DNA from: Octopus vulgaris
Lineage: Eukaryota
Reading direction: 5' to 3'
Length of the DNA: 64,000 nt
NCBI GenBank assembly: GCA_951406725.2
Contig: OX597814.1
Span: forward strand, 175,646,001-175,710,000
Below the pieces are notes generated by a model that saw only the letters and a list, made by a program, of their open reading frames with translations, was not told the origin of the DNA and searched no databases. The position numbers and the translations under genes are program-made. Shown here piece by piece: positions 53,452-64,000 of the stretch. The stretch's first letter is position 1. Every line of letters starts with the position of its first letter.

Positions 53452-53959
53452 GCATGTGTATATATATGTATGTATATGAAAGCAGATCCTGCTAGACACT
53501 TGCAATATTTAGAATTTTATTTCAGATAAACAACAGCGGTAACAGCAGCAGCAACAACAACAACAACAACAACAACAATTTCGGCAACAACAAACACCAC
53601 ACACACACGTACACGCAAAAAATAAATAAATAAAAAGCACAAAACAAATAATAACAAAAGAGAAGCATCAACAATAAGAGCAACAACAACAACAACAACA
53701 ACAACAACGAGAGCAAGAACGATAATTCAATAACGAAATCAACTGCTGCAGCTTTAATTTACGATATGGAAATAGATACATCAGACGGTGTCTAAGTTTT
53801 TGGTTCTGTTAGGTTTGTATTGGTGTGTATACGCGCGTGTGTTTGCTTGCGTGGGTGCATGTGTATATATATGTGCTCCTCTGTGTGTGTGTTTCTCTGT
53901 GTGTGTGTTTATGTTTATATTTGCATATATGTACGGGAATGTGCATGCATGTGCATATC

Positions 53960-54121
53960 GGCGCAAGAGTGGCTGTGTGGTTAAGAGGATTGTTTCACAA
54001 CCACATGGTTCCGGGTTCAGTCCCTCTGCGTGCCACCTTGGGTTTCTCCTACTATAGCTTCGGATCGACCAAAGCCTTGGGAGTAGATTTGGTAGATGCA
54101 AACTGAAAGAAGCCCATCGTA

Positions 54122-54172
<51 letters not shown>

Positions 54173-54546
54173 TTTTTCTTTCTTTTTTTACGATCCCTTT
54201 TGATCGAAAACCTATCGCACCTTTTATTATTTTTTCTCTCCAAAAAGAAAAGCTCTACTTTGTAATTTGTCCCCTCTGTGTTCAGCCCTATGTGGCTAAT
54301 AAAAAAACATATCTATAAATATATATATATATGTATATGTTATATGTTTGTGTGTCTGTATTTGTTTCCCCGCCATCGCTTGACAACCTATGCTGGTGTG
54401 TTTAAGTCCCCGTAAACTAGCGATTCGGCAAAACGACCGATAGAATTTGTACTAGGCTTACAGAGAATAAGTCCTGGCATCGATTTGTTCGACTAAAGTC
54501 AGTGTTCCAGCATGGCCGCAGTCAAACGAATAAAAGAATAAAAGAA
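53960..54546 (+). mobile_element. SINE family B with expanded internal microsatellite and a nested SINE A tail fragment
   Basis: Head at 53960-54120 and tail at 54350-54546. tttgtcccctctgtgttcagccc..ataaaaaaa (~54267-54310) matches the family A tail. Confidence 0.88.
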
Positions 54547-54558
54547 TGGTTATATACC

Positions 54559-54633
<75 letters not shown>

Positions 54634-54810
54634 GAGTGTGTGTATACATATTTATATATGTATATATATATATGTATGTGTATATATATATGTATGTATA
54701 TATATGTATATATGTATATATATATATATATATATATACACGAATGTGTGTATGTATATATGTGCCTTTCTATTAGTTTCGCAATCTTTGTATGTATGTA
54801 TTCATATATG

Positions 54811-54930
<120 letters not shown>

Positions 54931-56347
54931 TGTGTGTGTATGTGTGTGTATAAATGAATGTATGCCTGGATGGGTTTGTATTTTTATGTACGTGTGAGAA
55001 ATATAGTTGTATTCGCATGCACGTATATTTTTGTCTATGAATCCATGCTTCAGGACTGATAAACAACACTGGATCGATCCAGTTACATTTACATCTTTCA
55101 CTCCTACATAATATTCAACTGCCTTGTTTTATTTTTAATATAAAATTCTAAGGAAGCGTTCTGGGGGAAGCGCCTATTGCTCTTGCAGGCTTACTCGGAT
55201 AACCGAAGTCGATATGGTTAAGTTAATTCCAGCATCTCGATCTCTGGATGTTGTTATTGTATATGAAAATGTGTACAAGATGTGGATGCAGTTCAAGAAA
55301 GAGCAAATTTCGCGTGAAGGAGGACTGAGCGATACATTTATTACAAGTAGAATTATAGTGAGACACAATAAGTTGGAGAAAAGTATGGTCAATGTGGTAA
55401 TGTGAGTATTGATAGGACATATTTTACTAATTCAGAAGAAGCAGGAATCAAGGTTTCGTATAACCGTAAAAAGAGAGGCAGGTGGAGAATCAAGGGTAGT
55501 AAGAGTGTTCTCTAGTGGCGTAGTATTGTGATATATTGCTTATTAGGATCAGTGCCACACTACTGAAAGACAAATGTTTGCAAATTTGTACGAAGTGGTT
55601 TCTTTAGTTGATAGTAGGGAAATCATCCAGCTGTAAAATAATTTGACTGAGAGAAAGTATTGGTAAGCTTCTGAAAAAGAAAAGAAATTGTTCAAATTTT
55701 CAGTGTTGGACCTATAGATAATGTGACAAAAGTTAGGTAAGAAATTATTTTATATGTTATATAAATATAATTATGTCAATACCCATGTTATATAAGATAT
55801 CATACAGAGATGCGAGAAGCCCGAGGAATACAAGTTGCCAAAGTTTGGTGGAAAGTTAATACACCACTTACAAACAAAAAAAAAAAATGGAAACAACTTG
55901 CTTCACTTGATCGGGAGATGCTCTGCCACTACAAACATGCAAGTACATTTTAATCAACCAAGTTAGCAAAGAATGCATTATGTATGCAAATCGGCTTGTC
56001 CGACTTGCTTATGTTCTTGGTCATTTTAGTTTTATGAATAGTTTTCATGGAAAGTTATCTCAATACAGAGTTGAAACTCATCTGTCTGATCACTATTTTT
56101 CTGCCCACATAAACACTGTACGTAGAGACAATGTGTATATCTCTGTCTATGCATACGGTGTTAGATAAAATCTATATACTCTGTAACACAGTACAGTATT
56201 AAGCAGAATATCTTTCTAAATGACATTTAACAAGTCTCCTGTTATTTTTCAAATGTTGCTTACAAATTTATTCTATCGAATACACACATACACATATGTA
56301 CACGTATATACGTACATGCACATCCTCTCTCACACACACGTGTGCAC

Positions 56348-56413
<66 letters not shown>

Positions 56414-56714
56414 GTCATCCGGGTTGAAAATCATTCATCTATCGCCATTAATCAAAATTTCGTGCCACCTGGTTGTTTTCTGACGGCTGAAAACATATCC
56501 GTGACCTTTATTTACCTAATACTTTTGGTCTATTTATATTTAATAGATCAGTCTTAGTTCATATCTGTTTTATGGTTCTCTAGGAAGATTATATTATCGT
56601 AACAACGTTCGGAATTTATCACAGATTATTTTAGTGTATTAAAGAGATAGATTAAAGTATGCTATTTCCTTGTTTATGTAATGGTTGCTATATCCGTATG
56701 CTGACCATTCAATA

Positions 56715-56947
56715 TATTTCTTTACTGCCCACAAGGGGCTAAACATAGAGGGGACAAACAAGGACAGACAAAGGGATTAAGTCGATTACATCGACCCCAG
56801 TGCGAAACTGGTGCTTTATTTATCGACCCCGAAAGGGATGAAAGGCAAAGTCGACCATGGCGGAATTTGAACTCACAACGTAACGACAGACGAAATACCG
56901 CTAAGCATTTCGCCCGACACGCTAACATTTCTGCCAGCTCGCCGCCT
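56715..56947 (-). mobile_element. Young SINE family A with 17-bp TSD
   Basis: Near-consensus copy; atgctgaccattcaata at 56698-56714 and 56955-56971. Confidence 0.95.
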
Positions 56948-58260
56948 TCATTGAATGCTGACCATTCAATAATGAAAAGATTCTTCACATATAAGTCTTT
57001 CACTCGCCATACATATTTTTGGCAAAGTTCTGGGGATTATTTTCCCTCATTCTTCATAGTGAACACGTGTTTGAAGAACGGTGCTCGAAGCTGCTTTCAC
57101 ATCTTCCGATGTAATTTTTCTCCATTTTTACATTGTCTACCCGGGGTGTTATTTTATTAATATACTCAACTGCTTTGTTTAACCATCTTCTGAAAATGTA
57201 AAGCTTTCTTTGCTTTTGCAACTGAAGTTTTGTTTCCATTGTATTGGATAGCTCATCGGAATTTGCTCGTCATGATATAACTGACTTATTTTGTGTAGCT
57301 GTAATTTGATGTTCTTACTAAATAGCTTATGGTATTTTTTGGTTCGCAAGTTCTTTATTCACGATAAGAAGTTAGGTTCTGAGCTACATTAAGTTCCACA
57401 CTTTTATTGAAAAGCAGATTCAATTAAAGTATGTACGCATTTTTCGGTTCTCTGAGCTGCCGCTCGTTACAAGGTAAGAAGTTTAACTCATTTTAAAATC
57501 AGTTTCATACAAACGTGTTAGTGCAATCGTTGGAAGCTTCTTAAATGTTTCCTAACTCAGGATATGTTTGATATGCTACGCCTTTTAGTAAAAATAATTT
57601 TAAAACTATGATGTGATAAGGGGTATTAGAAACAACTTTTTTATGTTTTTGTTACTCATTCGTCTTCTTTATCGTTGGTGTTTATCGGTGACTATATGTT
57701 CTGTATGATAAGAAATTAACTCTGATAAAGTTGGTCGTAACTACAATTTTTGGGACAGACTATTTAGTAGGCATTATTAATTTTTTCATATATTTGTCTA
57801 GGACAACAACCTTTTGGATTGTGTAAATTGGTAAGACCAACGTCTCGGAATAGTTCTGTATCTAGATCTTTGAATTCATTTCGTTGCGTATATAAGATAC
57901 AAGCCTACCAGCTCATATAATCTTTATCTGTCATAGCTCATCATATTAATATTAAATAAGAAACATCGACAATTTCCCAAGTGGTGAGCTGTCGAAAATA
58001 AAACAAAGCAAAGATGTTAGTTCTCTCAATTCGACATTTTAATATTCTATCCACGAATTACTAAAGTTGTGTTCACTAATACAGAAGAATTCGAAAGAAA
58101 AAATACAGCAGCAACACTCACAACGGTATCAGTATTACACTGCGTCTTAGAAAGTCCCTACTCTTCAATAATAGCCCCAGACTGGTAAAAAACAGTAAGG
58201 GTTATAAATATGTGCAGGCTGTACATGTATACACACACACACACACATACACACACACAT

Positions 58261-58293
<33 letters not shown>

Positions 58294-58759
58294 AGTGTAT
58301 ATATGTGTGCGCATTGAATATATATATGTACGTATGTATACACATACATAGCACGTATGTTTTCGATGCGTTTCGTATAATATATAGTCAAAGACAAGAG
58401 AATTTCATAAGGAAGTGAGAACATTTTTGAAATATCACTTTTGTAAGATGGATAAGAACCGTTCCATTTGATCATGTTTGTGTTGGTTACTTCGGTAATG
58501 GCCCATGGGTTGCTGGACATAATAATATTAATGAAACTAAAATTTAAAAACTGTTTAAAGTTGATTTATGAAATGACACTCATCACTTGCGATGTCGAGG
58601 CTTTTTGTTTGTCCAGATTCAAGATCCTTATATTTAAGGAGAGAAATGAAAAATGTGATGCTCATATTTTTCTCAAATGTATAAGCAGTATATGAGAAAG
58701 AAAATGATATATAATGTGGCTCATTATTTGATAAATAGTTTTCGTCTTAATTATGTAGC

Positions 58760-59454
58760 AGATTAAAAGGATCAGTACAGCACCAGACAAAATGTTTTAC
58801 GGTAATTGCTCCGGCTTTCTACATTTTTAGTTCAAACCCTGCCAATGTTATCTCAGCCTTTTATCTGCCCGAGGTCGATTAAATAAAGTACCAGACAAGT
58901 ACTAAGGTCGATGTTATCGACTAATTCTCTTCTTTCAGTATTGCTGGCTTTGAAAGGTGACGAGCTAGCAGAATCGTTAGCGCGCCGAGAAAAATGCTAA
59001 GCGGCACTTCACCTGTCTTAACTTTCAGAGTTCAAAATCCGTCGAGGTTGACTTTGCCTTTCATCCTTCCAGGCTCGATAGAATAAGTACCAGTTGAGCA
59101 CCGAAATAGATGTAATCGACTTAAATCCTCCCCCAAATTTGCTGGTCTTGTGCCAAGATTTGAAACCAATATTGCTGGCTTTGTGCCGAAATTAGGAATT
59201 ATTTTCATTATGTAAAAATTCACTATATACTTAGGAAATGAAAGGCGGCGAGCTGGCAGACACGTTAGGGCGCCGAGCGAAATGCTTAGCGGTATTTCGT
59301 CTGTCGTTACGTTCTGAGTTCAAATTCCGCCGAGATCGGCTTTGCTTTTCATCCTTTCCAGTTTCGCACTGGAGTCGATGTAATCGACTTAATCCGTTTG
59401 TCTGTCCTTGTTTGTCCCCTGTATGTTTAGCCCCTTGTGGGCAATAAAGAAATA
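58760..59454 (+). mobile_element. Cluster of three SINE family A copies; the youngest (59244-59454) has a TSD
   Basis: Repeated A heads and cores; tatatacttagga at 59224-59236 and 59455-59467. Confidence 0.9.
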
Positions 59455-60519
59455 TATATACTTAGGAGATGAGAAAAGAAGGATTTGAAGTTAATGCTTT
59501 TTCCAAACACTGAGGTAAAATGGCTTCAGTCGCCTCTTATAGAAACAAATGTTACAATATGAGGATGCTGGGACTTAATGTCTACCAGATTTGACATATT
59601 TCTTAATATGGCTGAAATAAGAAATATATTCAACTGTATATTAATTTTTACCTTTCCCAACAGCCTTCTTCTGATGTAAAGCGAAATAATAGTGCACAAA
59701 GCAAAGTTAAAATATTGCACGAACTAATTCTAGGTGAATTAAGAATGTTTCGTGCTAGTCACGAACAGCCGTTTCTATAATATATGGCTTCTGTTATTTG
59801 TTTTGAACAGTTATCTTCTTTTTATATATATAGTTTTATTTTTTACACCTCCACTGTGTTTGATATCTTGATTCAATACATTCGTTTGATGGTAAGTTGG
59901 AATGAATAGATATTTTTTTTTACGAGGTTCCTAGTAAAACATTTATTTTGCCAACTGTAACATGAAATACATAAAATATAGTCTGTTTAATGTTGTGTAC
60001 ATTTATATTTATATGTTCTGAGGTAATTTTCATAACTTTATTTCACTAATTCAATCTTAATGTTTTCTTTACTTTGTCTCGTCGAATAATTCTTCTCTTC
60101 TTTTATATTTTCTAGTTTAAATTCTTCTTTTCTTTTTTATTTTCCGCTAATTTCGCATTTCCTTAGATACAAAAACATTAAAAAAGTAAAGACGTTAATT
60201 AGAAGCTACGTGGGGAAGTATGAAGTCATGTTTCCATTATCTCTGTATGAGGAATTAGAAACACGAGGTTGTTGCACCTCTAGTTTAATTCGTTTTAGAC
60301 ATCACGCGACAATTATACTAATTATTTCTGCATCAAAATCCAGGTTTCTAAAATTAAAGCAACTGCACTTGAAGATTGGAAGGTTGTAGTTAGCTGAGTT
60401 GACAAGGTGACATACTGCTCTCCAAGAAATTCAAAATTGGTATTTCATTACCAATGCTGCACTGCGTCTATGGTCGCTCTCAATAACTCAGCCATCTTTG
60501 ATAGATTTTTATTTCATTA

Positions 60520-61200
60520 TTTAGGCTGGAAAGAAAGGTTGAATCGTTACCGCAGCAGAGAAAATAACGGCATTTCTCTCGTTTTTGTGTTCAAATTCCA
60601 TTGGGATCTACTTTATCTTTTATTTTCTGGGGCTGATAAAATAAGTACCAGTTTATCTCTGGGGTCGATGTAATAGACTATCCTTCTCTCCCAAAATTTC
60701 AGGCCCTGTATTTCTAGTAAAACGAATTATTTAGTCCCGAAAGAGATCTATAGATTCACAAAATTTTTAGGACGTGGAGAATTGCTTCAAAATTCTTTGC
60801 GGTATTTAGTTGCAGCGTTCTACGTTCTGAGCTCAAATCTCGGCAAAGTCAACTTCACCTTTCACGGTTAAGAAAATAAAGTATCAATCAAATACTGGAG
60901 TTTATATTGTCTATTGTTACCCCCTCAGTATTTCTGATATGCCTGGATACAAATTTAATTATTCAGTTTGAAAAGAGGCGGTGGATTGGTAGAATCGTTA
61001 AAGCGTCGGTCAAAATATCAGGTGTCATTTTTACCGACTCTTTACGTTCTAAGTTTAATTCCCGTGGAAGTCAGCTTTGTTTTTATCCTTTCGGGGTCCA
61101 TAAAATAAAATACCAGTCAAGTACTGGAGTCAATTTAATTGACTAAACTCTCCCCCAAATCTGAAGTTGATTGTCTATCAAATAAACTATCATTTAGTTC
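60520..61200 (+). mobile_element. Cluster of about three old SINE family A copies
   Basis: Recurrent gttcaaattcc / ttttatcctttcggggtc / aagtaccag remnants. Confidence 0.75.
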
Positions 61201-61541
61201 CAAGGAGCAGAGGAATATTTTCACACCCGCTGCCAAATCTGTAACAGCTGTGGGGTGATACTTTTCAACGGAACATGGGCAAAAAATGGAGTTTCGAGGA
61301 AAGGTTAAATATAGAGATTAGTTTGGATTTTGGAGGAGAGACAGTTGGAATCACAGAACAAATACAGCACGTAAATTGGCACACTGTTAGCTAATTCAGA
61401 AGAGAAGAGAGGTGGAGGTAGGCAATTCGTTAGTTTAAAGAAGAAAAAGCCATTGAAGTCGCGGAAGAAGTGACAAATGATGGATAAAATACGTTGAGAT
61501 ACTAACGGTTATAGCTGCACATGGATGCCATATATATATAT

Positions 61542-61738
61542 GTGACCTCGTGTGTACCGTTGGCGATTGTTTTCCCTCTGTCTTCCCTTCTCTGGATCTT
61601 TCTTTCTCCTATGTTTCCGACGAAGAGCTCCGCTCGAAACGTTAAATCCTCCTTCTTTCCTTCTCTCCTGAGCGTCCAATAATACTATATTTGTTCCACG
61701 TCCTCGCGTTGTGTTTTTTTGTGCTTTCTTGTTTGGAT

Positions 61739-61742
<4 letters not shown>
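61542..61742 (+). mobile_element. ~200-bp pyrimidine-rich element in (TA)n with a compact hammerhead-like motif (61613-61648)
   Basis: gttt-CCGACGA-A-GAGC-tcc-GCTC-GAAAC-GTT-aaat, with core U4 changed to C. (TA)n on both sides. Confidence 0.65.
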
Positions 61743-61798
<56 letters not shown>

Positions 61799-62109
61799 AT
61801 AGAGCAGGGTAGGTTGTTGCACCTGTTTTTTTAAGGGTGAAAAGTTTATTTCAAATCATATCTTGTGTATCACTTGAAGAGGTTTCCACTTTGTTTGCTC
61901 ATGTTGAGCTACACATAAGCTATGTCATCTAGTCATGCTCTATATTGAAGTCTTTTCAAAAATATAGAAGGACATACGTATTTCTGTGATATATACTTTT
62001 AACATGCATATATAATATATTATACACATACGCACGCAAATACACACACGCATATATATATATATATATATTGTATGTATGTACATATGTATGTATATAT
62101 ATATATATG

Positions 62110-62192
<83 letters not shown>

Positions 62193-62645
62193 TCGTATAA
62201 TCGTTGATAGATGTTTTATCTATAACATTACTGGATGGTTGAATTCGTTTCGGTTGGCCGTGCATCTATTAATCATAAATGAATGCATGGGTGGCCAAAT
62301 CGATTCCATTCTGAACGACTAGTTGAAATACCGGCAGTCCAAACACAGCTTTATGTCGTTGACCAAGGCACGTATCTCTCCATCATCGACTTTACTTAAT
62401 CCGAAGTAGGTAATGCAAAATGATACAGACCACCGCTAAATGCAAACTCAAGTGATCCTTTGGTGCGCAATGTCAAGTTTAATCAGCCCAAAGCATACAT
62501 TGATGAATGACCATTATATCCAGTGACATTAGTTTTCTTTCTTTCGTCTACTAAACGCTATGAAAATTTCAACGATTCTCTAAATCTTGAGGATTCAGAA
62601 AGAGATTAAAATATCAGGTAGGGGTAACTTGTATTTTAACTATTA

Positions 62646-63103
62646 TCTTTTACTTGTTTTCATCATTGGACTGTGGCCACGCTGGGACACCGCCCTGAAG
62701 GGTTTAGTCGAACAAATTTCTCTCGGTACATAAATGTTTTGTAAAGGGTGGTACTTACTCTATCGCTCTCTTTTGTTGAACCGCTAAACAATGGTCATGT
62801 AAACAAACCAGCAGCGGTTGTCAAACGGTGGTAGTGTTAGGTGACACAATTACAAAAACAAAGACATCAACACATACACACACACACATACACACACACA
62901 CGCACACACACACACACACTCACACACTTACACATATACGACTGGATTCTTCACTGTTCCCATCTACCAAATTTACTCACAGGATATTGGTCTAACCGGA
63001 TTATAGTAGAAGATACTTGCTCAAGGTGCCACGCAGTGGGACAGAACCCAAAGCCACATGGAGGCAAAGTGAGCTTTTTAACCACATAACCATGCCCGCG
63101 CCT
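62646..63103 (-). mobile_element. SINE family B, diverged
   Basis: tcttttacttgtttt..ctgtggccacgctggg tail; agatacttgctcaaggtgccacgcagtggga core. Confidence 0.88.
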
Positions 63104-63452
63104 ATTTCTTACATTATTTGAATTTTTGGAAAGGATGTAAAAGGGTTGAAGAATAATAAATGGAATATGTACAGTATTTTACTGCTATTCATTCATTTGA
63201 GCTAGATTAAATGTTATATCTATCAGCAACACTTCTACAGAAGTCATATATACCTTTACCTTTGGCAATTGAATCATTAGTCTACCGAAGAACGTATATA
63301 TTGATCTTTCCACACCATTTCGTCATTTGTACCAAGTGTCAATATGTTTAAAGTTCGTAACTTAGATAAGTTTGTATGAAGCCGTAAGGGAGACATAAGT
63401 ATTAATTAATGTTTACTCGTTCGATACATTCGGTGTATTAATATTGACAGAA

Positions 63453-63712
<260 letters not shown>

Positions 63713-63820
63713 TATTAATGTTTGTTTTTATAGCAAGTTATAAAATCAAGTTAACATCAAACTAGAAGATTACTCAATACCATACCATTTAGCTTTGTAT
63801 TAAATTTATTCAAGAGTGGT

Positions 63821-63900
63821 AACAGTGACAATGATGTTTCGGCTTGAAAGCCCTCATCAGAAGTGTCTGATGAAGTCTAGCAAGTTTCGACGTCACTGTC
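63821..63900 (-). ncRNA. Hammerhead-like core within a decayed short palindrome
   Basis: Minus strand CTGATGA-G-GGCT-ttca-AGCC-GAAAC-A-tcat-T-GTC, with poor stem I. A second, decayed CTGATGA arm lies on the plus strand, and the ends acagtgac/gtcactgt are inverted. Confidence 0.55.
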
Positions 63901-64000
63901 ACCTCACTTGTAAAAATTTGATAAATACTTACATGCGAGTGTGTGTATGTGTGTGTGTTTGTATGGCTATAAATGCTTGAGAATTCACCAAAGTTCGTTC

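Noticed and set aside
55170-55600. Possible further Penelope GIY-YIG relics (also ~33000-33550 and ~42250-42800)
   Set aside because: Only scattered Cys/Tyr hints by eye; too decayed to call without a profile search.

Overview
AT-rich eukaryotic non-coding DNA, almost certainly intronic or intergenic. The SINE families and extreme microsatellite load look like an octopus (coleoid cephalopod) genome; this is an inference from recall, not a database match. No intact host protein-coding gene, rRNA, true tRNA or CRISPR array can be supported. Nearly all ORFs in the supplied track are microsatellite translations or transposon relics. The window contains: (i) a stack of minus-strand R4/Dong-type (RLE) LINE fragments in trinucleotide microsatellites at 0.4-5 kb, plus two more relics; (ii) a decayed Penelope-like element with RT and GIY-YIG domains; (iii) an RTE LINE relic and an RTE-derived non-autonomous element; (iv) a full-length but inactivated Tc1-like transposon with DD36E spacing; (v) a Gypsy integrase scrap; (vi) many copies of three tRNA-derived SINE families, including multimers and a chimera. 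The most interesting signal is about ten hammerhead-ribozyme-like cores (CTGANGA...GAAAC). They sit in short, mutually unrelated elements, several inserted into (TA)n or (TATG)n tracts and two arranged as inverted palindromic pairs. This suggests a diverse population of microsatellite-targeting, non-autonomous Penelope/retrozyme-like elements. All RNA structures were paired by eye, and coordinates of degenerate relics are approximate.
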